Origin: Camelus ferus
Taxonomy: Eukaryota
Direction of reading: 5' to 3'
Assembly: GCF_009834535.1 (NCBI RefSeq)
Contig: NC_045696.1
Coordinates: 18,044,001-18,108,000 of the forward strand
Length of the DNA stretch: 64,000 bases
Part shown: in pieces, positions 24,925-38,284 of the stretch
How positions within the stretch are numbered: the first letter of the stretch is position 1
How the letters are laid out: each line of letters begins with the position of its first letter
The notes under the pieces: generated by a model
The model's input: only the letters and a program-made list of their open reading frames with translations
Told to the model about the DNA's origin: nothing
Database searches by the model: none
Translations under genes and position numbers: made by a program

Positions 24925-25335
24925 TCTGCTGAATTTCTCAAAAGGAGAATAAATGGGAATGCAAGTGACTTACTGAGGAACTATTTCCAAGAGTAACGCT
25001 CAAGAGAGGAAAGCAGGCAAGGAAGGAAGAAGCATCTCAGTCTGATCTCAAGATCTCTTGAGTACAAATTACACCTCTAAGACTGTCCCAGCTATAGGCA
25101 AGAGAACTCGCTCTTATGTTTCTACACTATTCTATCCTTGGTTAAGGCTACCTGAGAAAGCAGGTAGAGGGGGGAGCATTTGGAGAGAAAGGTATCATGA
25201 ACCCCAGGCTCTCTAAGTGTTTGCAAAGACATTGGGGAAAAGGTCACGGGTGAAGTCTTTAGAAGCTGGAGTATAGACACACAGCACAGGCAAATGGATC
25301 TGAGGGCATCTGGGGAGCACAGAGAGTATCTGCTA
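24925..25335 (-). mobile_element. ERVL LTR, LTR16-like
   Basis: 'tgcaagtgacttactgagg...gcaggcaaggaagg...cagtctgatctc...caaattacacc...gtcccagctataggcaag'. Confidence 0.55.
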
Positions 25336-27196
25336 TAATTATGTTCTTTGATCATGACTTGATCATGTAATGACTGACTTTTCAAAATTCCTGCACAACA
25401 AATATATGAGAATTAATGATGGAGTGAGTGATAAGAGCCAAGCTAAGCTGTAAAGAGCTGAGCTGCCAGGTGCCAAGAGCAGATGAACAAGACAACAAGC
25501 CACATGAAGGAGTTACGCCTTCATTACTGTGACAGTATAAACAAGAGGAGGGCTCACCAGCTCCCACAACGTTCCTCTTCTCCTCACAGAACAGCACCAG
25601 TGGAGGGTCAAATGTATCAGCACAGGCAGTGGTTCTCACTGCCAAGGAAGCTGCAAACAAAATGCTCCTGCCTTTTGTTTTATGTACTTGGGGATCAGAA
25701 GAGGAGGGAGAATGGGAAAGTTTAGGAGTAGAAATGTACTCAAAGTGGAAACAATGTTTTCAGTTTTCCCCTCAATCCATAAGAGGATCTCAGCAGAAAC
25801 ACATGGGAAAGCTCTGGGTGTAAGGTTCCCCATAAAGACAACCTACAACTGGAGGCAAAATAGGAGATCCCTCAGCTAGAAATGGAGTTATTCAAAGAGC
25901 ATGGCTGAACAGGGGGCTCTGAGTGCTTGACTGAAAGTCCCTTCAGAGGCTGCAGTGCATTAGCTGTGTATCAGGTCTTGTGTGAAAGGGCGGCTTCGCC
26001 CCATGAGACCTGCCAGGTAAAGCTCCTGTCACACCTGTGGTCAGGCCCAAAACATCACACACAAGATTTTGGCCTGGAACCAGGTTCCTCAATGAGGGTG
26101 CTTTTAAAATTACAATTGCTTAGGTCTCAAATTCAGTAACTCTGTGTGTATACATACACACACACACACACACACATATATATAATGCATACATAACACA
26201 CACATACATATACTATATGGGAACCATATAAGTTTTAGACTAACTTATTAAGGTACTTTTGTTGAATACAAGGTATTATTGAAAAATAAAAGTATCACGT
26301 ATATAAACACACAAAATATACAAACACCTTTTATATTTGTAGTTGTATGTGGCTATTTTATTTCAATAATAATGTTACAACTCAAAATAGTTTGGAGGGA
26401 AAGCTGTGATAAACTGCCTTCAGCCTTCATGGCCCATTTTGGGGAAAACATCTTTCCTCGGTGGTAGCCAACTTATTATTGCTTTTTAAAAAATATCTGG
26501 AACAAAATTATAAGTCAAATATAGTCTGGATTGTTGAATCCATATATCAATGGTTTTCAAATATCCTAGTCTAGAATCCTTTCTTCAAAAATTTGAAAAA
26601 AAAAATGAGTGACTTTAAAATATTGCTTATTTTTTCAGCATGAGGGACTGCTTGAAAATGCAAAATTCTTCTAGAATATATATGATCTAATTTTTAAAAC
26701 ACATTTCTAGTCATACTACATTGCTGTAAATATATCACACACTGGAAAAAGCACATTGTGTAGCAGGATAGATATTGGTTCTTTAAATGTTATTTTTCTC
26801 TTAACAATGAACAGCCATTACAGCAATAACAATCAAAGTTAGAATCCAGTTAGATTCTGTATCTAACTAGCCATATGGAGTTAAGTCATAACCTGTCTCC
26901 CTTTTGCCATTAGCCTGTGATTAAGGGCAACCAAATATAAACTGGATGATTAGAATTAGGGGTATAGTTTGTGATCATAGGACTGTATAATTGAACAGAA
27001 TAACTGTACTCTTATATAATTTCTACAAGTATATATGTATTACTTGATTCCAAACATAAACATATGTGCTTATATATATCACACACACATATATATATAT
27101 ATAACTTAGTTTATAACTTAGACTATATCCAAATAGTTAAAGAGTTAAAGAAACAAACCAGAATATGTTATTACATATACATGTGACAATTTTCAC

Positions 27197-28210
27197 ATTT
27201 TTAATTTTTGAGGCAAAATTGTTGTAACAAAAAAATTATCCATTAGCCATTTTAAGGTGTACTTTTTCCTTGTATTTAGTACATTCAGAATGTTGTACAA
27301 CCATCACCTCCATCTAGTTCCAAGACATTTTCATCATCCCAAAATGAAACACTGTATACAATAAGCAGTCATTACTCATTCCCCCTTCTCCCAACTCCTG
27401 GAAACCCTTAGTCTGCCTTATGTTTCGATGGCTGTACCTCTTCTGGAAGTTTCATATAAATGGAATCCTACAATATGTGATATTTTGTGGCTTCTATCAC
27501 TTAGAATAATGTTTTTTGTAACTTATCCACATTGTAGTATAGCTGCACTTTATTTTTTTTGAAGAATAGTTCATCATATGTTTATACCACTATTGTTTGT
27601 CCACTCATAAGTTGATGGACATTTCAGTCATTGTTATCTTTTGGCCATTGTGATTACTGCTGCTATGAAAATCTGTATAAAATTATTTGTTTGAAAACCT
27701 ATTTTCAATTATTTTGGGTATATATCTATGAGTGGAATTAGTGTGTCATATAACAATTCTATTTTTTTAGAGAAAATGCCAAACTGTTTTCCATAGTGAC
27801 TGCACAATTTTACATTCTGACCAGTAAAATATGTGGTTCCAATTTTTCATATCCATGCCAATGTGAAGTGGTATGTTGTGATTTTGATTTGCATTTTTCT
27901 AATGACTAATGATACTGAACATCTTTCCATGTGCTTGTTAAACTTCTGTATATTTTCTTTAGGAAAATGTCTATTCTAGTCATTGTTACATTTTTTAATA
28001 TTTGGGTTGTTTGCATATTTGCTGTTGAGTTGTGACAGTTCTTTATATATTTTAGGTACTAGATTTTTATCAGATATGTGATTTACTAATATTCTCTCCT
28101 ATTCTGTATGCTATCTTTTTACTTTCTTGATCATGTCAATGCAAAAGTCTAAAATTTGATGAAGTCCAATTCACCTATTTTTCCCTTTTGCTGCCTAAGT
28201 ATTTTGTATT
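27197..28210 (-). mobile_element. L1MB-type 3' end (3'UTR plus ORF2 tail)
   Basis: 'gttgtacaaccatcacctccatctagttccaagacattttcatcatcccaaa', 'tttcatataaatggaatc', 'ttttgatttgcatttttctaatgactaatgat'. Confidence 0.9.
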
Positions 28211-28239
28211 ATTTTTAGTATAGAATTAATTTTTATATG

Positions 28240-28711
28240 AACTCTCATGTCCTCCATCCCTATGGCCACCACTAGCGTTGTATTTACACAATATGACTGA
28301 TGACTGGTCCATGTAGGTACACATTACTCAATCTGTGTCAATGAGTGCCTTCCTTTTGGAGTTTTGAATTGAGTTTGAGTATGTTAGGCATTCTCAATGG
28401 TGGTGCTAGGAGGTGTGGCATATAAAATTATCATATTTTTGGTAACCACATTTCCTGCCCAATGGAGAAAGTCTTCAATTAGAGAGAATCACACTAATAA
28501 GTTAAGAGAATCAGAGACCGGGGCCTGAGATACAGTCCCGATTACTGAAGCCATGGGTTAAAGTGGTCCCTGAGCCCCAGCTTCAATCCTCAGCTTTCTT
28601 TCAATAAATTGTTTAATAATAAGTAAAATTCCTATAGAAATTCTTATTCCTTCACTTTTTAAGCTAAATCAATTTGAGGTTTCTTCTTATGCTTACAAAT
28701 GACCTAATACA
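28240..28711 (+). mobile_element. Old MaLR LTR (MLT1K/L-like)
   Basis: 'tgactggtccatgtaggtacacattactcaatctgtgtcaatgag', 3' 'tttaagctaaatcaatttgaggtttct...ctaataca'. Confidence 0.6.
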
Positions 28712-28952
28712 TGGCTAATTTGAGCTACATAGAGAATTAAATGGAAAGTGATGCTTGATCAACTAAATTACCATTGCATTGATTTTATTTATCTTCTAAC
28801 TTAAAGAATTAGAATAATTTCCTTGTCTTCTCAACAAGCACCACTCCCTCATCAGTCTGAACTTCATTTGTTATATATCACTTCTTCTTCTTTTTTTTTT
28901 TTTCTTAAATCTAACTTGTTTCTGAACTAGCTCCAAAGTTCTATCTTAAACC

Positions 28953-29395
28953 TGTCCACTGAAAGAAAAGTTCTGAGTTAGGGCAGATTCAGGGACCTGC
29001 TGAAAACTACAGCTCTGGACACAGCCTCTCAGATAGTTCTGAGGAACTGCTCTGAATAGGTAAAGGAGGAGCCAGGATTATATATGAACGTTTTTCACTG
29101 GGAAAACAAGTAGTCAAGCATAAAAAGATTACTGTTAATTAAAAGGAACAGACATCTGAAGTTAATGACTTTAGTACTTTTCTCTGTGTTGAAAAATGCA
29201 AGATCTGGGGTCATTGAATTTTTTCCTTAGATATGTATCTTAAATACCTAGGGGCCAGTATATCCCAAGCACAGAATGTTTTCTGTTTTTCTCCATCCTG
29301 AATTCCCCTCAGGAGCACTGTCAGTGGGGGACTGCAGTGGCTAATAGCTTGATTCTTGTAGAACCGGAATGGAAGGAAGCATTTTTTTCTTTACG
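28953..29395 (-). mobile_element. ERV1 solo LTR (MER4/LTR39-group, cetartiodactyl type)
   Basis: Reverse complement reads TATA 'tatataa' then 'agagcagttcctcagaactatctgagaggctg'; homologous to 34875-35349. Confidence 0.8.
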
Positions 29396-29781
29396 ACCCT
29401 CAAAAATCACACATCCAAAATGCCCACAGATTCTTATTTCCCTTAAATGATTACTTAAACATTACCTATATTTTCAATTGTATAAATGGGCACATCATCT
29501 TAGTCAATGTTAATTTATTTTCAATAAATAAGAATGCACTAAAATTATCTCAATACAGCTGGAATTTACATACCAGAAATCCAGAAAATTGTATTGATAC
29601 GGAAGGCCAAGAAATGCAGACCAATAACATCAAGGAATGGCTAATCAAAAATGGAAGTTGCCCCATCACTTCACACAAAGCCATCATTCTCCCCATTTTC
29701 AAGGCCTCTATTCATCTTCACGATCATTCTTTCTTCTTAAAATGAAACTTGCTCACTTGCAGATTCTCTGAGAGTCAAAAT

Positions 29782-30291
29782 CTGTCTCAGTATTCTACAG
29801 TTATCAAAACTTAGAGACTTAAAACTGCATACTTTCATTATTTCACAGCTTCTTTTGGTCACGAATCCAGACATGGCTTAGCTGGGTCCTCTCATCCAGA
29901 AGTAGACTGGGGATGGGATTGCTGAAGTAGAAGCAACCAATTCCTAAACTCACTCATGTGTCTGCTGGCAGGATTTACTCAAGAGGTGTTGGACTGAAGG
30001 CATCAGTTCCTTCCTGGCTGCGAGACAGAGACCAGCTTCTGGTTATTTTCACATGAGCATCTTGTTTCAACATGGCAGCTGGCTTCAATAAAATCAGCAA
30101 AGAACAGAGTCTGTTAATATAATTTTTCTTTTCTAAACATGCAAGTAACACCCCATCATCTCAGCCATATTCTCTTGGTTAGAAGTTAAGTCACTTGGTC
30201 CAGCTCACACTCAAGAACAGTGGTGAAAAGACAAGGGCATGATTACCAGAAGGCAAGAATCACTAGAGCTGTCTTAGAAGACTATTTCCAC
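29782..30291 (-). mobile_element. MaLR LTR, MLT1F-like
   Basis: 'catggcttagctgggtcctct', 'aacatggcagctggcttc', 'gccatattctcttggttagaag', 'cacactcaag'. Confidence 0.85.
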
Positions 30292-30329
30292 AGTATGATT
30301 ACTGTTGTTTATACGTTTTAAGTTAACAT

Positions 30330-30900
30330 GTGTTCATTCACTTATTTATTGAATCAACTGATATATACTGAGTCCCTACGATGTACCAAAGAGTGCGTTA
30401 GGGTTTAGGGAATCAAAAGCAAAACATATCTAGCATTTATCTTCATGAAGTTTACATTCTTAATGGGACATAAGAATTCCAAAGATAGAAATGATAAAAA
30501 TTTCAGATATTATCTATACAGAAATACTAAAGAGACTGACATAGATGTATCTGGGAGCTGTGGAAGCTCTTCTAGGAAAATATTAAATATAACTAAAGAG
30601 GTGAAGATCCTTTGAAATAACTGGGAGAGAAAATATCAAGGGAAGGAGATGGGAAAGAATTCTCTGCAAGTTGAACAGAATGTTCCAAACCCGGAAAGCA
30701 AGATATAGAATGAGACCTTATGGACATGAAAGATCTATGTTACTGAAGCACAGTAAGCCAGACAGAAAATGAGGGTGAAGAGGTTGACCAGCTGGGCTTA
30801 TATGAGCCCTGTGTGTTCTAGTCAGAAGGGGACATTGCATTCTAGTTAACTTTGAATGATATTAAATAGGGTAGTCAGAAGTACCATTTGTTGTTGTTTT
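30330..30900 (-). mobile_element. L2 3' fragment
   Basis: 'ttcattcacttatttattgaatcaac...tactgagtccctacgatgtacca', 'cttcatgaagtttacattct'. Confidence 0.75.
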
Positions 30901-33149
30901 AAGGAGAGTAATCCTTTATAGCATAGCATGGTTTATGTCTTACTTTCTCAAAACTATAGATCATTTTCCTGGAATTTGATCTCTACACTGCTTAGGCCAC
31001 TATCGTGTGCGGAGTGTTTTTAAAGCTATTTTCAAACACTAGAACTCCTTCAACCACTTCCAGTACCTTCATTGCATTCTAACATGTAAAAACCGTGTTT
31101 ACAGGGGCAATTTAAATCAGGACAAATATTAAAAACATTAATGTACTGGCATGAGCATATGTTCATCTATTTTACACGGAGCTTAACTTTTGAAGCAAAG
31201 GTGCGGTTCAGCTTAGAGAGTTTTCTATTTCATTACTGAAACACTTTGAAAATCTGCTCTTTTGAAATATGACTTGCTATCACTTTATGGACTAAATGGA
31301 ATGAGTTGAACTCAATCTCCACATTTTAAGTACTCTCATCACAAGCTAGCAATGAGATGGAGGTAACTGGCTCCCTAGAGATGAGTGCCTTGCAGTGAGG
31401 TTTTGAGTCTGTTGTCATGCTCCCACAAAACTTGGATAGTGTCTTATAAGCAGTGTCTTATTAGCAGAGCAAAGTGCAAAATACATTTTGCTGCAATAGA
31501 ATTGTTGGATCTAACCTTAAACTGTAGGGGGTAGTCCATCTTCAGTTTGAAATAAAAAATGTTTTGTGGTGGTTGTTTTTTTTAAATTGCAAAAACTTGA
31601 AATGCTCTGAACATCTAGATCTATTGTTAGGACCATAAGAGTATCTCAAAAAAAAAAAAAACATATTCTTGATTATGTTTTTATATTATTTTCTGACAAT
31701 TACTATGATTAGCCATTAGAATATATGATTTATGGGAACACTATTAATATTTTTTAAGCTTCACTCTCATCAAGTTCACTTTAATTATCAATATTCTAAA
31801 AACAGTCCTTAAAATATACATAGATCTCCTCACTCTTATGAAATTCTTAACATAATTATTCTTAACAATTGACAAGTTTTTTCCCTCCTGTTAGTGGAAC
31901 TCATCCTGGTGAAAATATGTGTGATTTTTAAAGTAAATAGTGGCCATGAAGATTAAGTTTTTAGAAACTCTAGGCTAAATACAAGTTTTCATACCTATTA
32001 ATTATTTTGATAAGTTGTCCAATATTACATGACTTCACATTAAAAAAAAACTTTAGTAGAAATCACAACTCAACTAATTTGTAATTAAAATTAGTCATGT
32101 CATTTGAACTACCTATAATTAAGATTGACTCCAAGACCTTGGGGAGAAAAAAGCCCAGTTTGTACCAGCTACTATTTACAAGTCTCTCTTTCTTTTCTAT
32201 CTCTTCTTATGAAGCTACAAATGCTTTTTCATACCATATATATGAAGTTAATATTCAAGGAAGATGATAAAGGAAGATGAGCTGGTAATATCAGTATTAA
32301 TGGGTGAGCCTGTGATATTAATAGTAATAACACAAGCAGACAAACAAAATTAGGAGATATTAAATGCTACATAAAGTACACCCTAATCCTGGCATTATAT
32401 ATGATATATCATAACCTATTTCCTTGTAAAATGCAAAGTTGTCATTCAGTTTCATTAATATTGACAGTAACAAGAAGGCATTGCAAAATCTTCCATTTTA
32501 TTATACATTTTTCTTTAAATAAATCACATTTTTTTAGAGCATAGGAATGGTTTTTGCAATTCAATTTAGGCTATCATTGTAATGAAAGAAAGAGAAGTAT
32601 GTTAAAGCCCTGGGCTTATGTAACTTAAGCAGAAGTTTCCTTTAAACAAAACAGATTTATTTTATCTTCTCATAACCACACATAAACAGAGGATTCGAGT
32701 TATAGCACATGATAATATTGTTTTGCTGGAAAGTCAAGCACAAGAGCATTTGTGGCTCATGGCTGAGTGGAGAAGATAAAACAAACCAAGAACTGAATTC
32801 AGCCCTGATACTTGTCAAAATTTAAGAAAGAAAAATACCTGTAACTGGGCCTCAATACATTTATACATTTAAAGAAAAAAACAAGTGATCTTTTTGCTGT
32901 CTTTCAGGTCCATTTCTATGAATCTATAAAGTTAATAGCCCATTAGTTTCTGTTTATCTTGGCTAAAAAGATTCCATCCATACGTTGCTTTAAAATAGTG
33001 TCAAAATTACAAATATGTAAATGAAAACAAATGGGTAAACTTTTTGATTGTCAGAAGTCAAACTCATTACGTTAATTTTCTCTGTTAATGATTTTTCCTA
33101 CATGCTTACCTTTTTCCTCATTACAATTCCTTGTATATTTGCTTTTTTG

Positions 33150-33660
33150 TACATTTGAAAACTTTATATGACTTTGAAAGCTAATCATATGTATTTCCTT
33201 TATTATTCTTTGTATTATTATAATGTATTTAAGATAAAAAAGCATGAGAAATAAATAATTGCATGTGACACTGAAGGTTATGTCCACATCTATTCAGTTA
33301 CCGTCTCTTTCTCTCATTATCCTCAAAGAGTAATCACCATCATGTACTGAAATTACATCATTCTTATGTACATGCTTGTTATTGTCTACATAAATATTAT
33401 TGTTAACTATTATATAATTCTATTTTGTACATTGTAAACTATAAATTTGTATGGCATTGTATATATCATTCTGCAAGTGACCTTCTCACTTATATTGTTT
33501 TATACCGCTCCAGTCCTAATTTATTTATTCATTCTCCTGAGTTAATGTGTATTTAGATTATTTTCATCTTTAATATTATGTAAAATTTTAAAATTATTGT
33601 CAGTGATGTTACCTTGTGTATACATGCAAGTGTTTTACAAGGTATATACTTAGGATTACC
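33150..33660 (-). mobile_element. Very old L1 3'UTR (L1ME-like)
   Basis: 'cctcaaagagtaatcaccatc', 'tattcattctcctga...atttagattattttca'. Confidence 0.5.
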
Positions 33661-34874
33661 CTTAGTTTGTTACAATCTTAGCTATACATTCAAAATTATA
33701 TCTGCTTAATCTTATTTGGCATTCAAAATGTGTTTTCATTGGAGTGCTGGTTGGGGCATCTAATAGGCCAGATACTAAAGTCTATTTCTTTTATTTTTTT
33801 AATACGGGACTTGATTTTTCTCTAATCATAGATGTTTTTGTTTCAGTAGTTTCATAAGAAGGTTAAATGCTAGTCTCAATTTTGGGTTTTCATTAATCAA
33901 TAGTAATTATTTTTTATTATTTTCCTATTATTATTTTATTTTATGCCATTGTGATGACTTTCTGTTTTTGTTTCTCAAAAGACAGTTGTTACTATACCCA
34001 GCTAAAAGGTTCCTTAAAAAAAAGTTAGACAGTTGGTTTTCCTAGACTTCTAGAAGACTTTCATTGTTCTGGTGTAATTTTCCACATTCCCTATACAAAA
34101 CAAATAAATTTGAAATTATATTAAAATGGTATTATATTTGTGTATCACTTTATCTGCTCTGCTACTGTTCTCCTTAGTTGTTTGACAGCTGTCCTAATTC
34201 CCCATTATTTTTCTTTAACTTGCTAATTATAATAATATGATTAGCTTGTTAATCATAGAAGATGGCAATAGTTTTAATAGCAAGCTAACCTGCATAGGAA
34301 TATTCTGAAACAATGACATATTTAAAAATCTATTACTCTCCATATAATATTATTCTCAAGAACCAGAGGAGTTACTCTTTCAGTATTTCAATTATAGAAC
34401 TATTTAATAAAAAAGCACTTTCATCATAGAGAATAACTATTTTTCTAATGGGGAGCATCCCCAAGTTTTCCTGTAAGGAGGGTGACAATGGTTATGTGAT
34501 CTTTGTTCTCTACTTGTGTTTAAAGAGTCAAGGATGTGCTTGCCAACAACGTTTCTCATAGTATACTGTTACTGGTATTTGAGTTAAAGATAGATTTTTA
34601 AGAATTCTGCCAACACATTTCTGGCAGTATGAGTTTTCTTATTGTTGACAATTTCACCATCTTCTGTATCATGATGAGTACTTGCTTATAAAATTGGGGA
34701 AGCCTGTACTTGAGTTTACAGATTAAATGTAATTTTAGAATCATTTGTCACCTTAAAAATACATTTACTATTGCATGGGATAGCATATATGAGTACGCAT
34801 TAGAAAAAAACACGTACCTACAAATAAATGAAAGTCAGTATTTTCAGAGAGAGGGATACATTTACATTTACGGA

Positions 34875-35349
34875 TGTTAAAAAAAAAAAAAAAGGAAAAG
34901 AAAAAGAGTGTTTCTCACCACCCAGTTCTATAAGGGTTAAATCATTAGCTACTACAGTCACTGACCAACAGTGCACCTCAGAGGAATTCAGGATGAAAAC
35001 TGGCCCCTGTGCTCTGGAGAAACAGGTCCCCCAGATAGTTAAGACATGCATCTCAGGAAGAATTTCAATGACCCCAAATTCTTGTGTCTTCCCATGCATA
35101 GAAAAACATTAAAATCATTGACTTGAGATAGCTGTTCTTTGTGAATAATGAGAACCATTTACCAAGAATGTATGCCTCACTATGTGTATTTCCTAGTCAA
35201 AAATTATACATCAACTGGCTTCCCCCATACCTCATTGGAGCAGCTTCTTCAGAGCTGAGTAGCTATCTCCTGGGCTACAGTCCTCAGTAAGACCCTGAAT
35301 AAAACCTCAACTCCCAGCTCTTATGTTGTGCATTTTCTTTAAGTCGACG
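34875..35349 (+). mobile_element. ERV1 solo LTR (MER4/LTR39-group, cetartiodactyl type)
   Basis: 'ccagttctataagggttaaatcattagc', 'ggagcagcttcttcagagctg', AATAAA at ~35298, end 'ttctttaagtcgac'. Confidence 0.8.
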
Positions 35350-36989
35350 TAAGTGTCTGTGGAACAGAAAAATTATTTTCACAGCAAAATATAGGTAGGA
35401 GCTGAATACAGTTTTGATTGTGAAAAACTGCCCAGAATAAATATAATGAGATGGGAATCTGCACAGAAGTAATATCATCAGGTGAGGGGCTACATTTTAA
35501 AGGCTGCTACTTAGAAAATTTGCTGGTTAGTAATTCCTGGAAAGATTTTGCAATGACCATTATATGGGGCTCCCCCATATAATTAGTTACCCAAGCCTTC
35601 TGGTTTCAATTCAGTTTTAGAAGAATTTGCATATTATGAAGGAAAATAATTGGATATTATGTGTATACTTATTTTCCTCTTCTTTCCTTCTGCCTCCCTC
35701 ATGCCCTTATTTCTTCCTGATTAGTTTTTGGATTCTTGAAGGACTTAATTTATGGGAATAAACTTTCAATCATCATGGACATACAAGGACTTCATACACT
35801 GTGAGCAGTTACCTTTGGCTGAGGAATCATTACATATAACGGTCTACCATGGAGGTTTTTCCAGAAGAATGTGGAAAGTTTCCAGGTGGAAATTTTTTAT
35901 GTTTGGTTCTCCACCCAATGTAGAATCAGAAAGATTCAACTCTCAAAGTATAAAACACCCTAAACTGTTCTCTGATATTCATTTATTTATTCATCACAAT
36001 TCCCTGGCTTGAGAAAATAATACAATGCTTTTTTATACTCTTCCTAAAGGTGAAGGGCTTTAAACTGTATATTGAATTTTGTAAAGGGATATTGTCACCT
36101 CCCCGCATTTAATTATATTAATAAAATATAAATTCTAGAACTTACATAAATAAAGCTTCATAATCTTTAACCAAAATAAGCTTATTTACATAGGGGCAAT
36201 AACAGATTTAAACTATAATTAGCTTCATGGGGAATATTTATAAATATTGGAGCTTTTAAAAATATTGTATCAGCTTCTTTGGGGAATTTTTGAACCGTAT
36301 GTTAAAATACAAATTGGCTATGTTAACTTCATTGCTTACAGATATTTTAAAATAAAATTTAAGCAAATTTTACTGACCCCTTGAGCATACATTCAAATTA
36401 GAATTAAGTGGTTCAAAGAATTACAGTGTTGTCAACTGGGAAATATAATTTTTTATCCTGAAAGAAAGGGGGAAATAGAGCATGTGTGGAAAGATTTTCT
36501 TGGAAAGAGGTCCTGTGATCACAGTTGGAAGTTGGCTAAGGAATGAAGAGGTTTCTATTTTCAACTGGATTTGATTCTTAGCAGAATAATAACAAATAGT
36601 AACATTCTCTAAAGGGATAGGATGATTCTATTTATTTAGAATGCAATCATTTCTCCAGTTTTAAGACATTTTCAAGTTACATTTCAGAGAGAGTTTGGCA
36701 TTGGGATTTTCCAAAACCTGATGTCTCATAATGGGGAAGCGGTCAGCTGACTGAATAAAAAAAATATATATTTTAAAAAGTCTTAGATTTTATTTTCTTT
36801 TTCTGTAAATTTCAATCTTGGTACCTTAATACAACAAGATCTGTTTTGTTTTGCTTTTACTCTTACAAAGTCCCAACTGGGTGTGGGAGACCCTCTAGGA
36901 AACTGTATTCTACAGGGAAATTTAGAAATCAAACTCAGAAAGGTTGTAGCGTGCTATAGGTACATTAGCAGGTGCAGGCTTTCCTAGAC

Positions 36990-37008
36990 AGCACACACAC
37001 AAGCACAG

Positions 37009-37037
<29 letters not shown>
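36990..37037. repeat. (CA)n microsatellite
   Basis: Direct reading. Confidence 0.95.
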
Positions 37038-37039
<2 letters not shown>

Positions 37040-37134
37040 TATATGCTGGAGAATCTCACATCAGCAATTTGGTCCTTCAAACTGGAAGTGATGCATGTGA
37101 CTTGCACTTGCAATTGCTTGTCTAAAACCCGCTA

Positions 37135-37200
37135 TAGTACACCATCAACTGACACACTGTAACTGACTATACTTCAATAAAAAATAAAAATAATTTAAAA
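37135..37200 (+). mobile_element. Extreme 3' tip of a lineage-specific L1 with A-rich tail
   Basis: 'gtacaccatcaactgacacactgtaactgactatacttcaataaaaaataaaaa' matches the L1 end at ~61020-61066. Confidence 0.75.
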
Positions 37201-37748
37201 GATAAATAAAATCCATTACATGACCCTTGCATGAACAGAGCAGTGAGCATGTAAAACTTTCTTATACATGGAAGAAGAGACCTTGATCTAAATGAGCTTT
37301 AGAGAGTGTCTGCTACACTGGGCATCCTGTATGATCAGGCACGTGGCTAAAAATAAAGGCTTAGTACTCAGTTGAGGTTAGAAAGATGCTCATCTAAGAC
37401 TGTGTAAGTTTAAGATTCTAAAATATTGTGGCCTTTAATTTTTTTCATCGTAGTAAAACTGTAAGAGGTTCAAACAGTAAAATATTGAAGAACTGATGTT
37501 ATTCCCTTTCCATAAATAAGAAGTATTAGCTTCAGAGTGATTATGCAAATTCACCAGAATGTTGTCTTATTGGGATTTGTACCCACTTCAGTTTGGCTCC
37601 AAAGTCAGTGGTTTTCTCACTCTGCTATACTGCTTTCCAAAAGGAACAAGAGTTGACATCAATGTCTTTCATGTCACTAATAAAGAAATTAAAGACAAAA
37701 ATCATTGAGTGACATGACGTGGAACTCACTATTAAGAGGTACAAAGTA

Positions 37749-38284
37749 TAAATATACCACATCCTCTCTCTCCAATCATTCATTGATGGACATTTAGGAA
37801 TACTATTCAGCCATAAAAAACAACAACATAATGCCATTTGCAGCAACATGGATGTCCCTGGAGAAAGTCATTCTAAGTAAAGTAAGCCAGAAAGAGAAAG
37901 AAAAATACCACATGAGATCGCTCATAGGTGGAATCAAAAAAAAAAAAAAAAAAAAAAGAACATAAATACAAAACAGAAACAGACTCATGATTCATAGACA
38001 TAGAATACAAACTTGTGGTTGCAAAAGGGGTGGGAGGTGGGAAGGGACAGACTGGGATTTCAAAATTTGTAGATACTGATAGGCATATGCAGAATAGATA
38101 AACAAGATTATACTGTATAGCACAGGGAAATATTTACAAGATCTTGTGGTAGCTCACAGCAAAAAAAAATATGACAATGGATATATGTACATTCATGTAT
38201 AACTGAAAAATTGTGCTCTACACTAGAATTTGACATGACATTGTAAAATGACTATAACTCAATAAAAAAAAAGTTTTTAAAAAA
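37749..38284 (+). mobile_element. Young camelid-type L1 3' end with inverted 5' segment and TSD
   Basis: 3'UTR 'gcagcaacatggatgtccctggag...gatcttgtggtagctcacagc...aaaaattgtgctctacactagaatttgaca'; 37751-37798 antisense; TSD aagaggtacaaagta/aggaagtacaaaata. Confidence 0.92.

Noticed and set aside
396..31211. Identical 11-mer gtgcggttcag at 396 and 31201
   Set aside because: Many 11-mer matches are expected by chance in 64 kb
28953..35349. LTR pair as one provirus, or as MER41 interferon-inducible enhancers
   Set aside because: Opposite orientations with no internal retroviral sequence; resembles the MER4/LTR39 group and I found no perfect TTCN3GAA
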